Assembly: GCA_964471115.1 (NCBI GenBank)
Contig: CAYYFE010000008.1
Location: 34,597-98,596, forward strand
DNA from: an uncultured Solibacteraceae bacterium
GTDB taxonomy: Bacteria; Acidobacteriota; Vicinamibacteria; Vicinamibacterales; SCN-69-37
Direction: 5' to 3'
Length of the DNA stretch: 64,000 bases
The notes under the pieces: model-generated
What the model was told of the DNA's origin: nothing
Database searches by the model: none
What the model saw: only the letters and a program-made list of their open reading frames with translations
Shown: positions 8,812 to 17,219 of the stretch, piece by piece
Layout of the letters: each line of letters begins with the position of its first letter
Position numbering within the stretch: the first letter of the stretch is position 1
Translations under genes and position numbers: made by a program

Positions 8812-11800
8812 TCACACGGCTCGCACGTCCTTGACGAAAGTCATGATCGATACGGGGAAGCTGAAACCGATGTCCTTCCCGCCCAAGCGCTGTAACGCTG
8901 AATGAACTGAAGCGAGGTCGATTTCGTCTTCCTCCGCGCCCGCAAAGCGGCCGAAGGGTGTCGGCTGATTGCCGTTCCAGAGGTGGTATCTGGTGAAGTC
9001 TTCCAGGAGGCGCCACCGCTCATCAGGCGTCCACCGATCTTTCACAACGGCAGGGTCAGCCGGGAGCCCTGACTCAGCCTGGCCTTCCACGTACTCCAGT
9101 GCTCTCTTCAGGCCAAGCTCATTAAACAGCATCGGGAAGAGTCGGTAGGCATACTCTCGTCGGTCTCCTACCAGTCTCAGATTCGTTCCTTCATCATGGC
9201 AGAGCCAAGCCTCAAGTTCATGCGCACTTGAGAAGTACCTGTGCTCCAGTTCGTGGCGATTATCGTTGACCCAGTCCTTGAGCATCACCCACAGATTACA
9301 GAAGAATCCATGATCAGGCGCCTGAGCCTGGAAGCTCATGTCCTCAAGTAGTCGTCGGCGCAGGCCAGTCAGCACGGCCTCCCGTTCCTGGAGCGTTCCC
9401 CGGTCGAGTACGACACTGGCCTCGACCAATCGGCCACGGACCGCCTCCAGGCTCAGACGTTGCGCTTCCGTCATCTCCGGCGGCGCATCGGCATAGAGAA
9501 TGAACTGACCATTCTGCGGTAGTGTCAATCGGCATTGTTCCAAGAGCTGTCGTTGCTCGTTTCTGCTGAGTTCGTGCAGCGCCTTCTTGGCAACAATGAG
9601 ACGGACAGGAGCCGGTAAGGAGTCCGAGTAAACAGAGTTGAGTGCGCCAACCAGTTCGAAGTCACCGGTAACCTCTCGCTGGAGCGCCATAAAGCGGCGT
9701 CCCTCACCCAGTCGTTCAAAGTCCTGCTTCACGGTGAGCAGCTGCGACGTATTGCGATCGACGGCCAGGACATGAAGACCCGCAGGGCTATGCTTCATGA
9801 CTACTTCACGCGTCTCAGGATTGCCGCCACCTGCCATCAAATCCACAAGCGCCTGCGGACCGGGCTCCCGGGCACTCTCGTCTAGCGCCCGGGCGATCCT
9901 TGCGCAATAGTCCGTGACAGCTGCCGCAGCCCCTGGTCCAGTGAGTACCGCCTGCCGTTCGCTGAAGAGCGTGGCATACGCGCCACGATAGCGCGTTGTA
10001 TAACGAACGGCGCCGAGGCGCACGAGTTCGTCGACCGTCACATTGCCGCATTGTCGCAACTCGGTGCCTTCCAGCAGCAGATTCCTGAACCTCACACCGA
10101 CTTCAAGGCAGGCGTCGATTGAAAACTTGCAGCCACTGAAGTGCGCTCCAGTCGCGTCGGCCCCGGACAGTAGCGCGCCTGAGAGGTCGCACTGCTCCAA
10201 CCTCGCGTTTCTCAAGTTCGCTCTGACCAAATCGGCTCCGACGAGGCTGCACCCCCGAATTGTCACTCCAGCGAGATCGGCACCCGACAGCTTCAACCCA
10301 TCAAGTTGACTCCACCCTTGGTTCCCATCAATCAGGAGGGGCAGCCCGCGAGCACGCATTGATAAGACTGCCAACTGAAGAAGGTTGGTGCCATGAAAGA
10401 CCTCCGGGTTGTCCAGGAACATCAGCCCATCTGAAGGACTTCCCATACGCCTACAGCTGGACAACCTGGTCGCGATCTCGCCAATCGACAGCCCCTCAAG
10501 CAATACCGAGACGTGCTGTACCAAGTTCCAGCTCCACTTGAACGCAAGGCTCTCAGGCAGCCGACCGCCTGCCTGAACCGCGTCTGCGATCGGCTGAGCC
10601 AGAAAGAAGTCAAGCATGTGTGCAGACCCAATCGATCCGGCATTGCCGCCCCGGTCGACGACGAGCTCGTCCGCGAGTCGAACGGCCGACCACACTGGCT
10701 GATCGGCAACCGGGACGTGGAACACGCCGCACCTGGCGGACTGTACCGCCATGCGTTCCAAGAACTTACGTACTGCGGCCGGCGCCACCTTTTCACGGTC
10801 AAGGGCCCGGCTGAGACGGCCCACTGCCAGGTTCGCAAGATGCTCGAGGAGTTGGAGTTCGCCGAGGCCCGGAGTCTCCAGAATCTTTGCAATCTCCTCC
10901 GGTTCAGTCACAGCCAGAACTGCGACTTTTCCCAGGCAGCGAGGGCTTCTCAACCAGGACTCATTGCGATGCTCGTGCAGAAATCGCTCGAACGCTTCTC
11001 GACCAGCTCCGCCATCGGGTACCCGGTCGCGAACATATCGAACAGCCTCGGCCGTCGTCCAGAACGGCGGGAGGCGCACGGCCGACCAGCGAGCGAAGTG
11101 TGCGTCTTCCGCGACCTCCGGCCTTGATGCAATGATCCCGCGGACAGGATAGTCTGCGGCTAACCGCTCCAGCTCCACAGCCAACCGCACCGTGGTGCGA
11201 AGACGCTCGAGCTCGTCATAAGCGTCAACCAGCAGGACCACACCACCTGATCGAAATAGCGCCAGCAACTTCTCGACCGCGCGTTCGCCGCCACCGAGCC
11301 CACGATTGTTCAGCCATATTGCCAGCAAGGTCTCAAGCAGCTCCGCTCCGCTGGCCGCCCGCCGGATTGACGCCGAATCGCGTACGCTCTCAAGGTGTCG
11401 AGGCTCGAGCAAGAGAGGGATCGGCCTATTCGGATCAGCTCGACGGGCTTCTATCAGCTGGAAGTAGAGCCGATGCATCAGGGTCGTCTTCCCCGCCCCA
11501 GCTGGACCGACGATCCATTGCATCACACCGGCCGTCCCCTCTTGACTGATTCTCTGCTCCACAGCGACCCTGGCGGATTGGGCGTCTCCATCTACGTGGA
11601 TATCAACGAATGAACCGAGGGCCTCCCAGTGGGCCTTCGAGAACCCTCCGCCAACTTCGTCAGCAGAGTGAATCTCTGAATCAGCAATGAACTCGAATCG
11701 CCGAACCAGGGGATCTCGCCTGAGCGGTCCGACATTGGCGGCGTACTCACGAGCGCGAGTGAGGTTGTATCGATCGATCCGAATCACAAGGTCGGGCTCT

Positions 11801-12051
11801 GTTCTCGGAGTCCTCCTTCGATCGCGATGGAGAAAGAACACCGCACCACAGGTCAGGACCACGAGCGTCAATGACACTCCAAGCCAGGTGGTCACACTTT
11901 CGTAGAGGCCTCCCAGCAGTGCCCAGCCTGAACCGGTCAGAATCGCGAATGAGGCCGTGCTCGGGTAGCGCTGCCGGAGAGTTCGCAGCCAGCCATCGAG
12001 CGTGGGACCGGACTCCTCATCCGTCTGGCGCTTCTCTTTGTGGGGTTGCAA
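8812..12051 (-). CDS. membrane-anchored NACHT/STAND-like P-loop NTPase with pentapeptide repeats and a class I methyltransferase-like domain (1079 aa)
   Basis: Two N-terminal TM helices (aa 33-50, 56-74). Walker A GPAGAGKT (aa 182-189, nt 11485-11508) and Walker B VVLLVDAYDE (aa 271-280). Pentapeptide repeats LSGAD LAGVT IRGCS LVGAD LVRAN LRNAR LEQCD LSGAL LSGAD (aa 586-645). MTase-like motifs LVDLMAGGG, VLAVDRN, LIVAKKALHEL, NGQFILYAD (aa 735-855). Sample 60-mers are clearly lower in GC than the flanks. Confidence 0.8.
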   Translation of the reverse strand: MQPHKEKRQTDEESGPTLDGWLRTLRQRYPSTASFAILTGSGWALLGGLYESVTTWLGVSLTLVVLTCGAVFFLHRDRRRTPRTEPDLVIRIDRYNLTRAREYAANVGPLRRDPLVRRFEFIADSEIHSADEVGGGFSKAHWEALGSFVDIHVDGDAQSARVAVEQRISQEGTAGVMQWIVGPAGAGKTTLMHRLYFQLIEARRADPNRPIPLLLEPRHLESVRDSASIRRAASGAELLETLLAIWLNNRGLGGGERAVEKLLALFRSGGVVLLVDAYDELERLRTTVRLAVELERLAADYPVRGIIASRPEVAEDAHFARWSAVRLPPFWTTAEAVRYVRDRVPDGGAGREAFERFLHEHRNESWLRSPRCLGKVAVLAVTEPEEIAKILETPGLGELQLLEHLANLAVGRLSRALDREKVAPAAVRKFLERMAVQSARCGVFHVPVADQPVWSAVRLADELVVDRGGNAGSIGSAHMLDFFLAQPIADAVQAGGRLPESLAFKWSWNLVQHVSVLLEGLSIGEIATRLSSCRRMGSPSDGLMFLDNPEVFHGTNLLQLAVLSMRARGLPLLIDGNQGWSQLDGLKLSGADLAGVTIRGCSLVGADLVRANLRNARLEQCDLSGALLSGADATGAHFSGCKFSIDACLEVGVRFRNLLLEGTELRQCGNVTVDELVRLGAVRYTTRYRGAYATLFSERQAVLTGPGAAAAVTDYCARIARALDESAREPGPQALVDLMAGGGNPETREVVMKHSPAGLHVLAVDRNTSQLLTVKQDFERLGEGRRFMALQREVTGDFELVGALNSVYSDSLPAPVRLIVAKKALHELSRNEQRQLLEQCRLTLPQNGQFILYADAPPEMTEAQRLSLEAVRGRLVEASVVLDRGTLQEREAVLTGLRRRLLEDMSFQAQAPDHGFFCNLWVMLKDWVNDNRHELEHRYFSSAHELEAWLCHDEGTNLRLVGDRREYAYRLFPMLFNELGLKRALEYVEGQAESGLPADPAVVKDRWTPDERWRLLEDFTRYHLWNGNQPTPFGRFAGAEEDEIDLASVHSALQRLGGKDIGFSFPVSIMTFVKDVRAV

Positions 12052-12139
12052 CGCGGCGTCTCCTTTCCGACATCTACCTTACCGCCTGCCCCACACTCCG
12101 TCTTCCCGACGAGTGGACGGCTTGCTTGCTGACTCTTGG

Positions 12140-12937
12140 TCACCGTTCCTTGGGGTGGACCATCAGAGTCATATCTTCATCAAACCCCGTTGCCTCCTGC
12201 CCAGAATACCCGCGCTGATTGCAGAGGACGAGGGTTTCACCCAGTGTATAGCGGCAGTTCCAATGTGTATGGCCATGAATCCAGTAGGGGGACCCAGACC
12301 CCGCAACCAGGGCGTCCAGGTGGGAGGCGTACGCCGCTGAAAGTGGATCGGACACGAGAGTGGGCTCCAGAGACCGGTCGCTCGGTGCATGATGAGTAAC
12401 GATCACCGTCGGCAGCGGTGAAGGCTCTGCCAGCGCTGTTTGAAGCCAGCGCACCGCCTCACGGTGCCATGTCATCACTTGCGTCGGTACCAACTTCCTG
12501 TAGGTGGGCCGCACACGAATCTTTCGGAAGTCCGTCATGCCTTCATGGACGGCCGCGATCGCTTCTGGATCGCCGCCGTGCAATTGCAGATCTGACCACA
12601 GCGTCGCTCCAAGGAATCGTACGCCGCACACCGTCCGCGCCTCGTTGTGCAGCACGTGCACTCCCAATGCCGCCCCCCGTTCACGGGCCACCTGAATGAA
12701 GTCTGGCATCACTCGCCCGTAACACTCGTGGTTGCCAAGAACGTACACGACCGGAACGTCAGGAAACGTCCGCGCGGCCCATTCGATCCCTCGTGTCCCC
12801 AAGTGGATGTCACCGGCCAGCACAACACAGTCCGCCCCACCTCCGTGCAACGTGACGTCTCCGAATTCCAGGTGGAGATCACTGAGTACGCGGACCCGAA
12901 CGGGTGCCGAACCGCGTTCGTCGAGATCCTGACCCAT
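12140..12937 (-). CDS. calcineurin-like metallophosphoesterase
   Basis: Complete motif series VLSDLHLE (DxH), LAGDIHLG (GD), VLGNHECY (GNHE), VTHHAP and IHGHTH. Located 88 nt upstream of and co-directional with the NTPase gene. Confidence 0.8.
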   Translation of the reverse strand: MGQDLDERGSAPVRVRVLSDLHLEFGDVTLHGGGADCVVLAGDIHLGTRGIEWAARTFPDVPVVYVLGNHECYGRVMPDFIQVARERGAALGVHVLHNEARTVCGVRFLGATLWSDLQLHGGDPEAIAAVHEGMTDFRKIRVRPTYRKLVPTQVMTWHREAVRWLQTALAEPSPLPTVIVTHHAPSDRSLEPTLVSDPLSAAYASHLDALVAGSGSPYWIHGHTHWNCRYTLGETLVLCNQRGYSGQEATGFDEDMTLMVHPKER

Positions 12938-12988
12938 GCCACCATCATCACACGGGCGGGGCCACTGAGCGTCGCTCCGGAAAGCGAA

Positions 12989-13840
12989 TTAAGGATCCGG
13001 AAGCACAATCTGGCCGGGCGCCTCGAGCCGAAGGACGCGCCCGTCGGCCAGGGTCAGCGTGTAGGCGCCCTGCGGGAGCAGCAGCGTGTGCTCGGTGGTC
13101 GCGCCGCGACGGGCCAGCGTGACCGGCAGATGTTCGTACGGCACGGCGCAGTCACTGCCGGGAATCCCCTCCAGCAGCGCGCCCGCCAGAAGGGGCGACG
13201 GCACGATCTGGCGTCGCTGCGGCAAACCCGCCGTCGGCACCGTCGGCGTGACAATGACCGATTCGTCGGTGGCGTCCGGCACGACGACGGTCTGGGCGTC
13301 GGCTGGCGTGACGGTGTGACAGGTCACGCCCCAGTGCAGCGTGCGCACGGTGAGCCAGGTGCCCGCGGCGATGGTCGCCAGACTGATGCGCCCCTGCTCG
13401 TCGGTGGCGCTGTTGACGGCCGCGGGCCGCGTGTAGAACTGCGCGCCGGCCGCCGCGTGGCCTGCGGCGTCCACCACTCTGACAAACCCGCGCCGCTCGA
13501 CGAGATTCGCACGGAGCGATGTCGTCTCGCCGGCCGTCACGCGCGCATCGAGCACCCGTTCGGCCACCAGCGCCCGGGTCGGTGCCTGCGCGACGACGGC
13601 AAATCGATACACGCCGGGCGGCAGGCTGGTCACTTCAACAGGCCGGCTGAAATCGTGGACGGACTGTTCGCGAATGCCGCCGCGTACGTCGTAGTAGATC
13701 GTGCCCAGCACCGCCGTCGTGCCGAGGCGGCCGTCCTCCGAAAACGCGATCGCGACCGTGCCCGTGGCGGTCTGCGCCTTCGGACTACCCCAGACGCAGG
13801 CGAGGGCCAGCGCGAGCACGGTGGCGACGCGGCCCGTCAC
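12989..13840 (-). CDS. secreted repetitive beta-sandwich protein (carboxypeptidase-regulatory-like fold suspected), paralog family member
   Basis: GTG start at 13840 overlaps the upstream stop. Signal peptide MTGRVATVLALALACVWGSPKAQT. Shares the WG(V/I)TCH motif and the C-terminal LxDGRVLxxxxPG motif with the upstream paralog. Confidence 0.6.
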   Translation of the reverse strand: MTGRVATVLALALACVWGSPKAQTATGTVAIAFSEDGRLGTTAVLGTIYYDVRGGIREQSVHDFSRPVEVTSLPPGVYRFAVVAQAPTRALVAERVLDARVTAGETTSLRANLVERRGFVRVVDAAGHAAAGAQFYTRPAAVNSATDEQGRISLATIAAGTWLTVRTLHWGVTCHTVTPADAQTVVVPDATDESVIVTPTVPTAGLPQRRQIVPSPLLAGALLEGIPGSDCAVPYEHLPVTLARRGATTEHTLLLPQGAYTLTLADGRVLRLEAPGQIVLPDP

Positions 13841-15492
13841 CGAATCTCCAGCCGGCCCGGCGACGTCACCGCCAGCACCCGCCCATCGCGGAGCACAAGC
13901 TGATACTGCCCCGGCGGCAGGTCGATCGACAACTCGAGCCCTTTGGGCAAGCGCGTCTCGGCGACCGAGAAACCCTCAAACGGCACGTCGCAGGTCGCGG
14001 TGCTCACGCCACGCACGACCGCGCCGCCCAGGATTCGCTTGAGATCCGCCGCCGCGAGGGTGCCGAGATTTGGTTTGTCGCCATCATGCGGGTACAAGAT
14101 CGACACCCGCGCGGTGTGATTCACCACCGTGGCCACCTGTATCGCGTCGGTGGTCACGACATGACAGGTGATGCCCCAGTTCCTGGTGCGCACGACCACG
14201 CGACTGCCCGGCGCGATTGTTGAGAGCGAGACCTCGCCGCGATCATCGGTCGACAGACGCGACCCCAGCGGCTGTCCGTAGACACTCGCACCCTCGATGG
14301 GTTGCCCGATGTGATCGACCACGCGCAGCATCGCTGACGTTGGCACCAGATCGATGAGCACGTCGGTGGCCGCGTCCGGGCGCACGGCGACATCCTGCAT
14401 GCGCGACGCCACGAGCGCCAGCGGCGGCCCATCGTCACGTGGCAGCGTCGCGGATGCGGTGACCGTGTACGTGCCAGGCGAGAACACGCGCTGTTCGTAA
14501 CCCGCGACAGGATCAGTCAGGCGCTGAACCGTCGGTGGGTGAGGCAGCAGCTGCGTGGTGACATTGACCAGCATGATGTCGGGTACGATGCCACCTCGGT
14601 ACGACACGAGTACGCGAATCCTCGCGTCGGCCAGCTGCACATCGTGACGGTTGCTGCCCGGTTGAATCACCACGTCTGCGGAGGCCGGAGGCAGGCTGTG
14701 GACGCCCGTGGCGGTGTACTCCGGCACGTACGTGCCTGGCGCCGGCAGCACGGTGACATAGGCCCCGTCACGGCCGGAAGGCACGTTCGAGAACACGATT
14801 GGCGACTCCGGAGTCAGAGCCAGCCCCGGCGTGGACGCCACCGACAAGCCGGTCATCCTCGATCGGAACGATACGCGAACACCGGAGACCGGCTCCCCAC
14901 CCGCCGTGACCTGTCCGCGCACGACGACGGGCGGGTGCGGCAGGCGAACGGACGTCCATTCACCGGCGCGCACCTGGAACTGCAGCATGTACGGCGGAAG
15001 GACCGACGACGGCGGCGTGACCTGGAGTTGGTACCGCCCCGCCTGCAGGCCGCCGACCTCGCGCACGCAGGTCCCAATCGATGGCATCGTCCAGCCGGCA
15101 GGTTCTTTGTCGGTGCCATGCTGCGCAATGACAAGTACGGTGCTGCGAAACGTCCATTGATCGCCTGGCTCACACATGCCCGGATCGGCGTTGAACCGCA
15201 CGCCGCCACGTCGCGACGTGCCCAGCACCACTTCCGCCACACCCGCACGCGTGATCGTGATGTTCTGCGAGAAGTCAGCGACTGAGCCTGCAAACACGGA
15301 CCGGACGCGGTACCCGCCCGGTGTCAACTGCGTCAGCGCCATCCGGAGCGATTCGCCCAGCGGCCACTCTCCGCTGGTCGGACCTTCCAGCCGCACGGCC
15401 ACCGGCCGCACCGCGCTGTCTTCGATGTGGACCACGAGCGAGCCCGTGGACAACCAGCCGGCGGCAATCAGCGTGAAGATGGCCGTGCTCAT
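13837..15492 (-). CDS. secreted repetitive beta-sandwich protein, paralog family member
   Basis: ATG at 15492 (MSTAIFTLIAAGWLSTGSLV) shares one nt with the upstream TGA. C-terminus is LVLRDGRVLAVTSPGRLEIR. The upstream part of track ORF 13837..15639 overlaps the preceding gene and is not counted. Confidence 0.6.
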   Translation of the reverse strand: MSTAIFTLIAAGWLSTGSLVVHIEDSAVRPVAVRLEGPTSGEWPLGESLRMALTQLTPGGYRVRSVFAGSVADFSQNITITRAGVAEVVLGTSRRGGVRFNADPGMCEPGDQWTFRSTVLVIAQHGTDKEPAGWTMPSIGTCVREVGGLQAGRYQLQVTPPSSVLPPYMLQFQVRAGEWTSVRLPHPPVVVRGQVTAGGEPVSGVRVSFRSRMTGLSVASTPGLALTPESPIVFSNVPSGRDGAYVTVLPAPGTYVPEYTATGVHSLPPASADVVIQPGSNRHDVQLADARIRVLVSYRGGIVPDIMLVNVTTQLLPHPPTVQRLTDPVAGYEQRVFSPGTYTVTASATLPRDDGPPLALVASRMQDVAVRPDAATDVLIDLVPTSAMLRVVDHIGQPIEGASVYGQPLGSRLSTDDRGEVSLSTIAPGSRVVVRTRNWGITCHVVTTDAIQVATVVNHTARVSILYPHDGDKPNLGTLAAADLKRILGGAVVRGVSTATCDVPFEGFSVAETRLPKGLELSIDLPPGQYQLVLRDGRVLAVTSPGRLEIR

Positions 15493-17219
15493 CACCGGAT
15501 CTCGAGCGTGCCCGGCGCGGTGGCGCGGTACGTCTGCGACCCGTACTCGTACGTCACGGACACGCCCAGCGGCAGATTGGCGATCGCGAATCCGCCGTCG
15601 ACCCGACGCCAGTCGAATTCCTCGAGGGGCACTGTGCACCGATCGACGTCAGCGAGCCGGATCCGGCCGGGGGGCACACGCAGCCCGGCCGCGCCCGGCA
15701 GAAAGACGGTCAGCGGCGCGAGTGACGATGACAGCGTCACCGTGTTGGGGGCATCGGCCGCAAGCACGACGCAGGCCGGCACGCGGCCGGGCGCGCGAAC
15801 GATGACCTCGGCGCCTGGCGCGAGCCGCCTGACATCAAAGGCGCCATCGGCCAACGCGCGCAGAATGGTGCCGCCCGAGCGCGCCCGCGCACCGGGCGCG
15901 TCCACCACCGCCAGCGTGGCCCGCTGCGGGCGCAGGTTCAGCGTGACCGCGCGAACGCCCGGATTGGCGTCGATCTGGACGGTGGCCGCCGAGGAGACCA
16001 GGTCCGGGTCGGCATGGCCGTACACGACGTACGTGCCGAGCGGCAGCGCCCGCAGCACGATCGGCCGCAGCGGATCGTCGACGATCCCGGAGTAACGAAC
16101 GGGGCCGTCGATCTCGAACCGCACCGGATCCTCGGGCAACGCGCCTTCGACCAGGAACGACAACCGCACATCGGCGCCCGCCAAGTCGAGGTCGATGATC
16201 GTCTCGCCGACGTCGACGGGACGATCGACTTCGGCGACCCCCAGGTCGTCGCCGGTGGCCAGCCGCACCACATACACGTCCGGCGCGGGCACGGTGAGGC
16301 TGTAGCGGCCGCGATCGTCGGTCGTCACCGTCCACACGCGGTCGGTGCGCGTGGCCAGCACCTCCAGCGGTTCACGCGTCATCGGCTCGCCGTTAAGCGT
16401 CACGAGGCCGCTGATGCGGAGCTCTCCGGCCTCCACGGGCAGGCGCGGGGAAAACTCCGTGGTGGCCTCGTGCACCACACTCACCGGGATCGGGCGGCCG
16501 ATGGGCGTATCGGGCGGTCCGAACCGCAGTTCGTAGTCGCCGGCCGGCAAACCCGGCACGGACACGAACGCGGCGCCGTTGATGCCGACGATCCGTTCCT
16601 GCGGGCCGCGCAGCGTGAGCACTGCCTCAGCGCGTTCAGCCGGCCCGAACGCCAGCAGCAGCTCGCCGCCCGGCAGCGCAGGGGGCACGCGCATGGTCAG
16701 GTCCTGGGCCGATTCTGGCGTCACGGCCGGCACGATCAAGGTGACCGGAGACGCCCCGGCGCGATGGACGCGCATCAGGCGCGCCCCGGCGGCGAGCGGC
16801 CACGGGTCCAGCATCGCGGCAGTGACCGTGCGAGCGGCCAGCACGTGCGACACCGAGTCGCCCCACGCACGCCACTCCACGGTGGCGGGCGTGCGCAGCG
16901 TCCAGGTCGGCACGAGGAACCGCACGGCCGGCTGCATCGCGGCTGACGCGCCACGGCACGCCGACGCGATGTCGATGTCGAGCGGCTCGGCGCCGGGAAC
17001 CGAACACTGCACGATCCCGGTTGAGACACACAGCGCCTCGGCAAACGCAGCACCGCCGCTCCCCGGACGCAGCAACGCCGCGCCGGTCGGGGTACGGCAC
17101 GCGTCGAACGCCGAGACGCCGGCGCCCGGCAACATTTCGACCTGGACCGGCCGCCAGCCCCCTTGCGTCGTGACGACGGCCGTGGCCATCAACACGCCGA
17201 GCATCCCCCGCATGGTCAT
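15492..17219 (-). CDS. secreted repetitive beta-sandwich protein, paralog family member
   Basis: ATG at 17219 (MTMRGMLGVLMATAVVTTQG) overlaps the stop of the DUF1624 gene (ATGA). C-terminus ends APGTLEIR like its paralog. The 908-aa track ORF extends upstream in a frame that overlaps the DUF1624 gene, so that part is rejected. Confidence 0.6.
   Translation of the reverse strand: MTMRGMLGVLMATAVVTTQGGWRPVQVEMLPGAGVSAFDACRTPTGAALLRPGSGGAAFAEALCVSTGIVQCSVPGAEPLDIDIASACRGASAAMQPAVRFLVPTWTLRTPATVEWRAWGDSVSHVLAARTVTAAMLDPWPLAAGARLMRVHRAGASPVTLIVPAVTPESAQDLTMRVPPALPGGELLLAFGPAERAEAVLTLRGPQERIVGINGAAFVSVPGLPAGDYELRFGPPDTPIGRPIPVSVVHEATTEFSPRLPVEAGELRISGLVTLNGEPMTREPLEVLATRTDRVWTVTTDDRGRYSLTVPAPDVYVVRLATGDDLGVAEVDRPVDVGETIIDLDLAGADVRLSFLVEGALPEDPVRFEIDGPVRYSGIVDDPLRPIVLRALPLGTYVVYGHADPDLVSSAATVQIDANPGVRAVTLNLRPQRATLAVVDAPGARARSGGTILRALADGAFDVRRLAPGAEVIVRAPGRVPACVVLAADAPNTVTLSSSLAPLTVFLPGAAGLRVPPGRIRLADVDRCTVPLEEFDWRRVDGGFAIANLPLGVSVTYEYGSQTYRATAPGTLEIR

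Noticed and set aside
8693-9016. 107-aa minus-strand ORF spanning the pseudogene/island junction
   Set aside because: It reads an off-frame part of the paralog remnant and overlaps the 3' end of the NTPase gene. It has no motifs and is an artefact of the junction.
8776-12988. Search for mobility genes or att sites (integrase, transposase, tRNA, terminal inverted repeats) in the island
   Set aside because: None were found. Only an 8-nt direct repeat (TCACACGG) lies near the edges, too short to be convincing, so the island is not called a mobile element.
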